Assembly (NCBI GenBank): GCA_963741445.1
Contig: CAVUIE010000008.1
Span: 6,857-70,856, forward strand
Source: an uncultured Chloroflexia bacterium
Lineage (GTDB): Bacteria > Chloroflexota > Limnocylindria > Limnocylindrales > CSP1-4
Reading direction: 5' to 3'
Length of the DNA: 64,000 bases
The notes beneath the pieces were generated by a model. That model ran no database searches. It was given only the letters and a program-made list of their open reading frames with translations, and was not told where the DNA came from. The translations under genes and the position numbers were made by a program. This document shows positions 10,639-19,606 of the stretch, one piece after another (the first letter of the stretch is position 1; every line of letters begins with the position of its first letter).

Positions 10639-10774
10639 GTTCGCTGGTCCTCCGAGTCGCGTGATCCGATCGAGGCGTGACGCGCCGGTCGTCCCGCGTA
10701 GTGTCCCCCATCCGGGCAACGCGGGTCGAGTGGCCGCGAGGACGCCGACAGGGTCCGCCTCCGCTTCGATCGAA

Positions 10775-11759
10775 CTAGGTCGGGTCGAACCTTCCGCTGA
10801 CGCCGGCGAGATCAAGATGACCACGAGGATCAGGACGATCGCCAGGACCAGGAGGAGCATCACCCGGTTGGCGAGTCCTTGTTCCGGGGTCTGCGGGTCG
10901 GGTGGATACCGGCGGCGGACGTAGCGAACGGCAAGGATCGGCATCACGACGACGCCGATGAGCATGATCACCAGGACGACGCCGCCGACGGGTCCTCGAG
11001 ATGCCTCGGGGCCGAGGACGGCGAGGACGACGCCACCAAGGAAGAGCCACGCGCCGCCCACGATGCAGCCGACGGCCGGCGTCTGGGTGCGAAGGAACTC
11101 ACGGTCCGCGCTCGAAGCGGCGGCTCGCTGTCGCGCGGTCGGCGGGAATCGACGGTAGGCCCACCGGGTCGTGAGGACCCACCCGCCGACCCCGACGAGG
11201 ATCGCGACGATCGCCGGGACCGACGAACCAGGCGCCTCGGGGTTCTCGCCCATCACGCGCGCGACGACGATGGCCGCCGTCACGGCGATCACCGCCCAGG
11301 GCAGGAGCGCGACGATCCCGACACGCTGCCAGCGGACGGCATCGAACAGGACGAACCCACCGATGATGAATGCGGCCTCGGCGACCACTGGCTCAGCGCC
11401 GGCTGATCCGACTGGGCCGCCCGATGAGTGGTGGCTGAAACGGGCTCGCGGTGATGACCGCGCCTCCGCAGACGCGACGGCCACGCGAAGCGCATGCTCG
11501 AGATCCGACCATCCCTCGTCCGTGGCCGCACGGAACGTCGCAACGAATGGCGCACCCGAGAACGCCGGGACGAACACCTCGACCCCGGTCTCGATCGACC
11601 CGCAGCAGGAGGACCGGGACGGGGTGCTCCGGGAGCATGAACCGCACCTGGAACAGGCCCGTCTGCCAATGGCGTCGCCGTGGGCGCGATCGAACGCACC
11701 AACCGATCGACGGCCGTCACGACCTCCTGGAACGCGGGTGGCGGTGATGCAGAACCCAC
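10775..11759 (-). CDS. hypothetical polytopic membrane protein (frame-disrupted; 3' end unresolved)
   Basis: At least five hydrophobic helices, e.g. AAFIIGGFVLFDAV, IVALLPWAVIAVTAAIVVARV, VPAIVAILVGVGGWVL, VGGVVLVIMLIGVVVMPILAV and VMLLLVLAIVLILVVILI. The plus-strand frames here are Asp/Arg-rich antisense noise. The N-terminal part (MGSASPPPAFQEVVTAVDRLV) sits two +1 shifts away. The TM-rich frame has no stop before the E2 start. The nearest out-of-frame stops are TAG 10775-10777 and TAA 10626-10628. Confidence 0.4.
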
Positions 11760-11875
11760 GACGCCTCGAAGGCTTCGGGCTTGGTGCCGTCAGTATGCGG
11801 CGGGCGTCAGGACCCTCTGACGACAGCGTCCGACAATCGGCATCATGCCTCGATGGACGCGCCACGGCTCCCGGT

Positions 11876-14848
11876 ATGACCCGCTGGGGACGAACGTTCG
11901 GGATCCGGCCCGGCGAGGGCCGGACCGTGGTCCTCGTCGCGGCGCTGTTCGCCGCCCTGGAGCTTGGCCGCGGCTTCGGCGAGATCGGCGTCGACACGCT
12001 GGTCGTCAAGCGGTTCGGGGCCGGCTCCCTGCCGTACCTGTTCATCGGGCTCGGGACGGTCAGCCTCGTCGCGTCGCTGTTCTACGGTGGGGCGCTGGGC
12101 CGGCTGCCGCGGATCCGGCTCTTCAGCGGCATCCTCGGCGGGGCCGCGATCGCGCTGGTGATCGAGCGGGTCCTCATCGAGACCGGGCATCCGGCGAGCA
12201 TCGCGCTGGCCTATCTCACGGTCTATGCCGTCGGCGCCATCGCGGTGACCATCGTCTGGACGATGGCCGCGTCGGTGTTCGACGCGCGGCAGGCGAAGCG
12301 CCTCTTCCCGCTCTGCACGGGTGCGGCGATCGCGGGCAGCTTCGTGGGCACGCTGCTGTCCGGGCCGACGGCGCGGGCGCTCGGCACGCCGTCGCTCCTG
12401 GTCATCGAGGCCGTCCTGCTGACCGTGGTCGGGCTGCTCGTGGTCGCGATCGCCCGGACGACCACGGTCCGGGTGCCGCCGCGCCGGCGCGGCGGGTCGA
12501 TCGCCGCGGACCTGCGCATGGGCTTCGATTCGGTCGCGCGCTCGCCGCTGATGCGGCTGGTCGCGGTGGCGTATGTGCTGCTGGCGATCCTCGGCTCGTC
12601 GGTCACCTACCCGTTCTTCCAGGTCGCCTCGAGCACGTTCACCACCGAGGCCGACCTCGCGACCGCCCTCGGGCTCCTGTCGGCGAGCGTGACCGCCACC
12701 TCGTTCGTGGTCTCGTTGCTGGTCGCCAACCGCGTCTACGCGCGGTTCGGCGTCGCCGGCGCGGCGCTGCTCCTGCCGCTGGTCTACCTCGGCGGGTTCG
12801 GCATCTGGATCGTCGCCTTCTCGATGACCACCGCGGCGCTCTTCCGGTTCACGCAGCAGACCACCCAACGCGGCCTTTCGAACGCGGCGTGGAGCGCGTT
12901 CTACAACGTCGTGCCCTCGGAGCGGCGCGCGCAGGTCCTCGCCTTCAACGACGGCGTGCCCGGCCAGATCGGGACGATCCTGTCCGGCCTGCTGCTGATC
13001 GCGGCCGGCTCCGTGCTCGCGCGGGACCAGGTCTTCTGGCTCGGCGCGGTGACGGCGATCGCCTGCACGATCGTCGTCGTCGGGATCCGGCGCCGATATG
13101 CGGGGAGCCTGCTCCAGACGCTCCGGGCCGGGCTCGGCGAGCAGGTCCTCGAGGGCGGGCCGGGGCTCGCCGCGCTCACCCGCGATCCCGCAGTGGCAGG
13201 TGCCCTCGTGAAAGCCCTGGGCGCCCCCGAGCCCGGGGTGCGCCGGATGGCGGCGACGTTGCTCGCCCAGACCTCGTCACCCGGCGCTGCGGCCGACCTT
13301 GCCGGCGCCCTCGCTGATGACGATCCCGGCGTCCGTGTCGCCCTGCTCGACGCGATCGCCGCGCTCGGCGGGGACGCCACGGTCACCGACGCAGTCCGAG
13401 CGCACCTGTCGGACCCGGAGCCGGCGGTCCGGGCCGCGGCCGTCCGGTCATTGACCGCGATCGCCGTCCTCGCCGACGACCCTGCCGGCGCCATCCCGGC
13501 GGTGACCGGGCTCGCCGAAGACGACAGCCCGGCGGTGCGGGCCGCGGTCGCCAGCTCGATGCTGGCCGGCGGCCCCGACGACGCCGCCGTGCGCGTGATC
13601 GAGGAGCTGCTCGAGGACCCCGACGACGCGTGCCGGATCGCCGGTCTCGACGCCGTACGGCGGCTCGGCGACCCTGTCCCGCTCGAGCGCGTGCGACCAC
13701 TCCTGGCCGACCGGGCGTTCCCGGTCCGCGTGGCCGCGCTCGAGGCGCTCGCCGTCGCCCGCGACCCCGGGGCGATCGTGCCCGACCTCATCGTCGCGCT
13801 GAACGACCCGGTCTCCGATGTCCGGGTCGCGGCGGCACGGATCCTCGCCGCCTTCGACACGGCCCCGCCTGGGGTCGTGCAGGTCCTGGCCACCGATTCC
13901 GCGCGGGCCCAGGCGGCCGCTCTGACCGCGCTCGTCGGGCACGGCCCGGAGGTGCGCGTACAAGTCATCGACTGGGCCGGCGGACGGCTGACCCGGGCGA
14001 ACGACCTGCGGCGCGCCCGTCTCGCGCTCGGCGATGGCGGCGGCCCGGGTCCCGGCGGTGATGGCGTGGCCACGCAAGAGACCGCGTTCCTCGCCTCGAT
14101 CCTCGAACATCGCGAGTACGACCTCTCCAACCTCGCGCTCGGCGCCTTGGTCGTGCTCGGCGCACCGGAGGCCGGTGGCGTGATCCGCCGCTGCCTGCGG
14201 TCCCGTGACACCGAGACCCGGGCGCAGGCCATCGAGGCCCTCGAATCGATCGGCGATCCGAGGCTGAGCGGGGCGCTGGTCGGGCTGCTCGAGGAGGCCC
14301 CGGCCGAGCCGCAGGACCGCGCTGACGCCCTGCGCCGACTGGCCGATGATGACGACCCGTGGATCGCGCGCATGGCGCGCGGGATCTCGACAGGAGACGC
14401 GAACATGCCGGAGACCAGTCGGACGCTCGGCGACCTCGAGACCATGCTCTGCCTGCGCCGCGTGCCGCTCTTCGAGGGTCTCGACCCGGAGGACCTGCAG
14501 CGGATCGCGTCGACCGCCGTCGAGCACGTCTACCCGGCGGGCGAGGCCCTGGTCCGCGAAGGGGACCTCGGCGACACCCTTATCGTCATCGTCGAGGGCT
14601 CGGTCCGCGTGGTGAAGGCCGAGCCGGACGGCTCCGAGCGCCTGATCCGCACCTATGCCGCGGGCGACCACATCGGCGAGCTGGCGGTCCTGCGCGAGGC
14701 GCCGCGTGCAGCGACAGTCCTGGCCGAGGACGACGGCGTCCGCGGGCTCGTGATCGGCGGCGACGGCCTCAAGGCCATCCTGCGCGAGCGCCCGGACGCC
14801 GCGATGGCGATGCTCGCAACGCTCTCGGAGCGGATCAGCAGGCAATAG
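11876..14848 (+). CDS. TLC (ATP/ADP-translocase-like) / MFS-type transporter domain fused to HEAT repeats and a C-terminal cyclic-nucleotide-binding domain
   Basis: Intact. Starts at ATG 11876 (MTRWGRTFGIRPGEG). About 11-12 TM helices with a TLC-like loop, FDARQAKRLFPLCTGAAIAGSF. Repeated HEAT/PBS-lyase pattern (DDPGVRVALLDAIAALG, DPEPAVRAAAVRSL, DDSPAVRAAVASSM, FPVRVAALEALA, VSDVRVAAARILA, DTETRAQAIEALESIGDP). The C-terminal CNB domain reads LRRVPLFEGLDPEDL...GEALVREGD...GELAVLREAPRAATVLA. Confidence 0.85.
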   Translation: MTRWGRTFGIRPGEGRTVVLVAALFAALELGRGFGEIGVDTLVVKRFGAGSLPYLFIGLGTVSLVASLFYGGALGRLPRIRLFSGILGGAAIALVIERVLIETGHPASIALAYLTVYAVGAIAVTIVWTMAASVFDARQAKRLFPLCTGAAIAGSFVGTLLSGPTARALGTPSLLVIEAVLLTVVGLLVVAIARTTTVRVPPRRRGGSIAADLRMGFDSVARSPLMRLVAVAYVLLAILGSSVTYPFFQVASSTFTTEADLATALGLLSASVTATSFVVSLLVANRVYARFGVAGAALLLPLVYLGGFGIWIVAFSMTTAALFRFTQQTTQRGLSNAAWSAFYNVVPSERRAQVLAFNDGVPGQIGTILSGLLLIAAGSVLARDQVFWLGAVTAIACTIVVVGIRRRYAGSLLQTLRAGLGEQVLEGGPGLAALTRDPAVAGALVKALGAPEPGVRRMAATLLAQTSSPGAAADLAGALADDDPGVRVALLDAIAALGGDATVTDAVRAHLSDPEPAVRAAAVRSLTAIAVLADDPAGAIPAVTGLAEDDSPAVRAAVASSMLAGGPDDAAVRVIEELLEDPDDACRIAGLDAVRRLGDPVPLERVRPLLADRAFPVRVAALEALAVARDPGAIVPDLIVALNDPVSDVRVAAARILAAFDTAPPGVVQVLATDSARAQAAALTALVGHGPEVRVQVIDWAGGRLTRANDLRRARLALGDGGGPGPGGDGVATQETAFLASILEHREYDLSNLALGALVVLGAPEAGGVIRRCLRSRDTETRAQAIEALESIGDPRLSGALVGLLEEAPAEPQDRADALRRLADDDDPWIARMARGISTGDANMPETSRTLGDLETMLCLRRVPLFEGLDPEDLQRIASTAVEHVYPAGEALVREGDLGDTLIVIVEGSVRVVKAEPDGSERLIRTYAAGDHIGELAVLREAPRAATVLAEDDGVRGLVIGGDGLKAILRERPDAAMAMLATLSERISRQ

Positions 14849-14858
14849 CATTCCGTCG

Positions 14859-17534
14859 ATGACCGCGACCGACCGCTCCAAGGATCCCGCCGGGCGCCGG
14901 CCGCTGCCGATCGGCACGGTCACGTTCCTGCGCACCGACGTCGAGGGGTCCATGGCCCTCGCCCGAACGCTCGGCTCCGGATGGGACGCTGTCAACGACA
15001 CCCACATGGGCCTCCTCCGCGCGGCCGTGGAGGGGCAGGATGGCGTTGTCGTCCGGACCGAGGGGGACGCGCTCTTCGCCGTATTTCCGGAGGCCGGCGC
15101 GGCGGTGCGGGCGGCGGTCGAGGCGCAGCGGGCGATCGGTGGGCACGACTGGCCGGCGACGGCCCCGGTCCGCGTCCGCATCGGGCTCCACAGCGGCGAG
15201 GCGCACCTTGCCGGCGACGACTACGGCGGCTTCGACGTCAACCGGGCCTCCCGCATCGCGGCGGCCGGGCACGGCGGCCAGATCGTCGTGTCCGAGACGA
15301 CTCGCGCCCTCACCGCAGATGGCCTCCCGGCCGGGGCGACATTGCGCGATCTCGGGGAGCATGTCCTGCGCGACCTACCCCGGCCGGAGCGCCTCTGGCA
15401 GCTGGACGTGGCCGGCCTGCCGTCCGCGTTCCCACCGCTCCGGACCCTCGGCGCAGTCAGCGGTAATCTGCCGATCCGGCTATCGACCTTCATCGGCCGC
15501 GATCGCGAGCTCGACGACGTGGTCGCCCAGCTGGGCCGGGCGAGACTGGTCACGCTCACCGGCCCCGGTGGGATCGGCAAGTCGAGCCTCGCGATCGAAG
15601 GCGCCCGGCGGGTCGGTGTCGAGTACGACGATGGGGCGTGGTTCGTCCCGCTCGACACGCTCGCCGATCCCGAGGGGCTGGGCGGCGCCATCGCCCGCGC
15701 CATCGGCCTGTATGACGGCCCCGAACGGGCCGCCGCGGACGCCCTGCGGCCGTACCTGGCGCCGCGGTCCATGCTCCTCGTGCTCGACAACTTCGAGCAG
15801 CTGCTCGACGCGGCCCCGACCGTCAGCGCCATCCTCACCGCCTCGCCAGGGACCCGGGTCGTGGTGACCAGCCGCGCCCCACTACGCGTCACCGGGGAGC
15901 AGGAATACCCGGTCCCGCCGCTGACCGCAAGCGGTCCGGCCCTGTTCGCCGAACGGGCTCGAGCGGTGCACCCCGACTGGCAGGCCGGGGACGATGCCGA
16001 CGCCGTCGACGCGATCTGCGCCGTGCTGGACGGGCTCCCGCTGGGGATCGAGCTGGCGGCGGCGCGCGTGGCCATCCTCCCGGTCACGGCCATCCGCGAC
16101 CGGCTCATCGCCCATCTGCCGCTCCCCGGCCACGGCCCACGGGACGTCCCGGCCCGCCAGCGGACGCTCGACGCCGCCGTCGCCTGGAGCCACGACCTGT
16201 TGACGCGCGACCGGCAGGTCACGCTCGAGTGCCTGGCCGTGTTCGAGGGCGGCTTCGGCGCCGAGCAGGCCGCGGCAGTCGCTCGGCCGGGTGCCACGAC
16301 GGACGGGATGCTCGACGACCTGGTGGAGCTGGCCGAGCAGAGCCTCATCGCGCGTGACGCGTCATCCGGACCCGAGGTCCGCTTCCGGATGCTCCAGACC
16401 ATCGTGACCTTCGGACTTGCACGGCTGGCGGCAAGCGGCCTGGAGCACGAGGTTCGCCGTCGGCACGCCGTCGCCTACCTCGAGCTGGCCGAACGGGCGA
16501 TGACCCACATGTCGACCGTGACCCAGGGCCGCTGGCTGGCGCGCCTCCGGCCGGACAGCGCCAATCTCCGCGAAGCCGTCCGCTGGGCGATCGACGCCGG
16601 CGAGACGGAGCTGGCCCTGCGGCTCGTCGGCACCCTCTGGCGCTTCTGGCACTCGGAGGGCACGCTCGTCCAGGGCCGTGAGCTGACGGAGCACGCCCTC
16701 GCGATGCCAGGGGCGGACGCCCCGACGCCGGCAAGGATGTGGGCAACGGCCGCCGCCGGGAGCATCGCCTACTGGCAGAGCGATCCGGCGGAGGCCGGCG
16801 TCTGGTACCGCGAGCAGATGGCCATCGCGACGGCGTTGTCCGACACGGCCGCCATCGCGGATGCCCAATTCAACCTGGGCCACGTGGCCTTCATCGAGCT
16901 GGAGGACCCCGTCGTCCAGATGGCCCACCTACGGGACGGCATCGAGCGCTTCCGGGCGATCGGCGACGAGCGCGGTGTCGCGCGGATCGAATGGGCCACG
17001 GCCAACCTCATGCTCAGGTCGGGGGATGTCCCGGGGGCGACCGCCGTGTTCGAGCGGTCACTCGGCACCTTCGAGACCCTCGGCGACGCCCAGTACCACG
17101 CGATGACCTGCGGGAGCCTCGGCTGGGCGCGGTTCGTGGCGGGCGACCTCGCGGCCGCATGCCGGTGGTCCGTGCAGGCTATCCGCGAGAGCCACGCCAT
17201 GGGCGACCTGGGCACGACCACGATCTCGCTCCACGTCGGCGTGCTGATGGCCGTGCTCCTCGGCCATCCCGAGGATGGCGCCCGCCTGACGGGCGCCTTC
17301 GAGACGCTGTGCGAACGCCATGGCGTCCGCCCACCGATCGCGCTCCGCCGGTTCCTCCAGCACATGGATCCGTTCGCGATGGCCCGCAACGCCCTCCCCG
17401 AGGATGAATGGAAGGCGCGCTTCGCGGAGGGCAGCCGGATGACGCTGGACGAGGCCGTCGCGCTGATCGTCGAGCTCGGCGCCGAGGTCGACGAGGCCCG
17501 GTTCCCGGTCGCTGGACCGCCGCCGGCTCAGTAG
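14859..17534 (+). CDS. class III adenylate/guanylate cyclase domain fused to a STAND (NB-ARC/AAA_16-like) ATPase and TPR-like repeats
   Basis: Intact 891-aa ORF, 10 nt after the preceding gene. Cyclase motifs FLRTDVEGS, VVRTEGDALFAVF and DDYGGFDVNRASRIAAAGHGGQIVVS. P-loop LTGPGGIGKSSLA (about 15561-15590). The long helical-repeat C-terminus has no recognisable HTH. Confidence 0.9.
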   Translation: MTATDRSKDPAGRRPLPIGTVTFLRTDVEGSMALARTLGSGWDAVNDTHMGLLRAAVEGQDGVVVRTEGDALFAVFPEAGAAVRAAVEAQRAIGGHDWPATAPVRVRIGLHSGEAHLAGDDYGGFDVNRASRIAAAGHGGQIVVSETTRALTADGLPAGATLRDLGEHVLRDLPRPERLWQLDVAGLPSAFPPLRTLGAVSGNLPIRLSTFIGRDRELDDVVAQLGRARLVTLTGPGGIGKSSLAIEGARRVGVEYDDGAWFVPLDTLADPEGLGGAIARAIGLYDGPERAAADALRPYLAPRSMLLVLDNFEQLLDAAPTVSAILTASPGTRVVVTSRAPLRVTGEQEYPVPPLTASGPALFAERARAVHPDWQAGDDADAVDAICAVLDGLPLGIELAAARVAILPVTAIRDRLIAHLPLPGHGPRDVPARQRTLDAAVAWSHDLLTRDRQVTLECLAVFEGGFGAEQAAAVARPGATTDGMLDDLVELAEQSLIARDASSGPEVRFRMLQTIVTFGLARLAASGLEHEVRRRHAVAYLELAERAMTHMSTVTQGRWLARLRPDSANLREAVRWAIDAGETELALRLVGTLWRFWHSEGTLVQGRELTEHALAMPGADAPTPARMWATAAAGSIAYWQSDPAEAGVWYREQMAIATALSDTAAIADAQFNLGHVAFIELEDPVVQMAHLRDGIERFRAIGDERGVARIEWATANLMLRSGDVPGATAVFERSLGTFETLGDAQYHAMTCGSLGWARFVAGDLAAACRWSVQAIRESHAMGDLGTTTISLHVGVLMAVLLGHPEDGARLTGAFETLCERHGVRPPIALRRFLQHMDPFAMARNALPEDEWKARFAEGSRMTLDEAVALIVELGAEVDEARFPVAGPPPAQ

Positions 17535-18511
17535 GCCGCGAGCTTGCGGATCCCCTCGGCGATCTTCTCGGGGCTGACCATGAACCAGTCCTCGAGGACG
17601 TGGTTGTACGGGACGCCCGGGACCTCCGGGCCGGCAATGCGCGTCACCGGGCCGTCGAGGTAGTCGAAGGCCTCCTCCGCGACGATCGCGGCCACTTCCG
17701 CGCCATAGCCGCCGAACTTGTTGTCCTCGTACACGATCAGGCACTTCCCGGTCTTGCGGACGCTGTCGAGCACGGTCTCGCGGTCGAGCGGGCGGAGCGT
17801 CCGCAGGTCGATGACCTCGACGCTGATGCCGTCCTCCGCCACGCGGTCGGCCGCCTCCAGCGCGTAATGGGCCATCAGCCCGTACGCGACCACGGTGACC
17901 TGCGAGCCGGGATGGGTCACAGCCGCCTTGCCCAGCGGGACGACGTAGTCCGTGTCCGGGACCTCGCCGCGGACCGAGCGGTACATCTTCTTGTGCTCGA
18001 AGAAGAGCACCGGATCGTCGTCGCGGATGGACGCGCGCAGCAGGCCGCGGGCGTCATACGGCGTGGACGGCACGACCACCTTCAGGCCCGGAACGTGCGT
18101 GAAGAACGCCTCGACGCTCTGCGAGTGGTAGAGGGCCCCGTGGACACCGCCGCCATACGGGGCGCGGATCGTCATCGGCACGCTGTACCCGTTGTTCGAG
18201 CGATAGCGCATCCGGGCCGCCTCGGACACGATCTGGTTGAAGGCCGGGTGGATGAAGTCCGCGAACTGGATCTCGGCCACCGGCCGGAGCCCGTTCACGG
18301 CCGCCCCGATCGACGCGCCGACGATCATCGACTCGGTCAGCGGCGTGTCGATGACCCGCTCCTCGCCGAACTCGGCCCACAACCCGTCGGTCGCCAGGAA
18401 CACGCCGCCCTTCTTGCCGACGTCCTCGCCGAGCACGATGACCGACTCGTCGCGGCGCATCTCCTCGGCGAGCGTCTCGCGGATGGCGTCGATGAACGTG
18501 CGGGTCGGCAT
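17528..18511 (-). CDS. 2-oxoacid dehydrogenase E1 component, beta subunit
   Basis: Intact 327-aa ORF with transketolase-like pyrimidine-binding and C-terminal domains (VIVLGEDVGKKGGVF, VIDTPLTESMIVGASIGAA, VVVPSTPYDARGLL). Its stop overlaps the convergent cyclase stop. Confidence 0.92.
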   Translation of the reverse strand: MPTRTFIDAIRETLAEEMRRDESVIVLGEDVGKKGGVFLATDGLWAEFGEERVIDTPLTESMIVGASIGAAVNGLRPVAEIQFADFIHPAFNQIVSEAARMRYRSNNGYSVPMTIRAPYGGGVHGALYHSQSVEAFFTHVPGLKVVVPSTPYDARGLLRASIRDDDPVLFFEHKKMYRSVRGEVPDTDYVVPLGKAAVTHPGSQVTVVAYGLMAHYALEAADRVAEDGISVEVIDLRTLRPLDRETVLDSVRKTGKCLIVYEDNKFGGYGAEVAAIVAEEAFDYLDGPVTRIAGPEVPGVPYNHVLEDWFMVSPEKIAEGIRKLAAY

Positions 18512-19542
18512 CAGGAGGACGCCAGCTCGTCGGGGTCGTCGGCGTAGACGTAGCGCATCGCGGTCGCGGGGTCCGGGTCGGGCTCGGCCTCGGCGTAGTC
18601 GGTGGCGTCATCCACCGACGCCTTGAGCTCGGCTGCGATCCGCTCCTCGATCTCGTCGGTCAGCACCCCGCCATCGCGGAGCTGCTCGCGGAAGCGCGGC
18701 AGCGGGTCGCGCTCGCGCTCCGACGTCAGCTCCTCGGCGGACCGGTACTTGGTCTGCTGGTCGTCGGACGAGTGCGCGGTCAGACGCGTCACCTTCGCCT
18801 CGATGAGGGTCGGCCCGTCGCCGGCGCGCGCCCGGGCGACCGCGTCGCGCGCCGCCGCGTAGCAGCCCAGGACGTCGACGCCGTCCACGACGACGCCCGG
18901 GATGCCGTAGCCCGCGGCCCGGTCCGCGACGTCCTCGACGGAGACCTCCATCGCGGCCGGGACGCTGATCGCGTACCCGTTGTTCTCGACCACGAACACG
19001 AATGGCAGCTTGTGGATCGCGGCGAAGTTGAGGCCCTCGTGGACGTCGCCCTGGTTCGACGAGCCCTCCCCCATCGAGGTCATCGCGACCTGGCCCGTCT
19101 TTCGGATCTTGGCGGCGAGGGCGATCCCGACCGCATGGAGCAGCTGCGTCGCCACCGGTGAGCTGACCGAGACCAGGTTGTGCTCGCGCGAGCCGTAGTG
19201 GCCGGGCATCTGGCGCCCGCCCGACGACGGGTCGCTGGCGGTGGCGTACTGCGCGGTCATGATGTCGCGGGCGCTCATCCCGAACGTGAGGCAGGTCGCG
19301 ATCGAGCGGTAGAACGGCGCGATCCAGTCGTGCCCCTTCTCGAACGCCATCGCGATCCCGACCTGGGCGCCCTCGTGGCCCTGCCCGCTGATCACGAACG
19401 GGATGCGACCGGCGCGGTTGAGGATCCACATCCGCTCGTCGACCGCGCGCGCCAGCGCGACGAGCCGGTACATCTCGACCAGGTCGGCATCGGTCAGGCC
19501 GACCGAGGCGGCGAGCGCGGTTGCTCCCCGGGTCACCGCCAT
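18511..19542 (-). CDS. 2-oxoacid dehydrogenase E1 component, alpha subunit (TPP-dependent)
   Basis: Intact 343-aa ORF with the TPP motif region GEGSSNQGDVHEGLNFAA...VVENNGYAIS. ATGA overlap with the E1beta start. Confidence 0.92.
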   Translation of the reverse strand: MAVTRGATALAASVGLTDADLVEMYRLVALARAVDERMWILNRAGRIPFVISGQGHEGAQVGIAMAFEKGHDWIAPFYRSIATCLTFGMSARDIMTAQYATASDPSSGGRQMPGHYGSREHNLVSVSSPVATQLLHAVGIALAAKIRKTGQVAMTSMGEGSSNQGDVHEGLNFAAIHKLPFVFVVENNGYAISVPAAMEVSVEDVADRAAGYGIPGVVVDGVDVLGCYAAARDAVARARAGDGPTLIEAKVTRLTAHSSDDQQTKYRSAEELTSERERDPLPRFREQLRDGGVLTDEIEERIAAELKASVDDATDYAEAEPDPDPATAMRYVYADDPDELASS

Positions 19543-19606
19543 CGGACCGATGGGCCTCCTAGTGTTCTCGACGGTGGGGGCGCCGGTGCTCGCGACGCCG
19601 TTCGCA

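Noticed and set aside
11171-11875. N-terminal 235-codon extension of the TLC-HEAT-CNB ORF (the track starts it at 11171).
   Set aside because: The extension is Thr/Arg/Pro-rich, lies antisense to a hydrophobic membrane-protein frame, and adds nothing family-like. ATG 11876 is followed immediately by the first TM helices.
9250-12045. Reading the whole 931-aa ORF as one membrane-protein-E2 fusion.
   Set aside because: A strong GGAGGA plus GTG 10638 precedes a canonical E2 N-terminus (VAKVTMPQLGESV). The upstream 60 codons are linker-free low-complexity text, and the membrane protein itself needs frame changes further upstream. Two genes are more likely. The lack of an in-frame stop remains unexplained and may be another indel effect.
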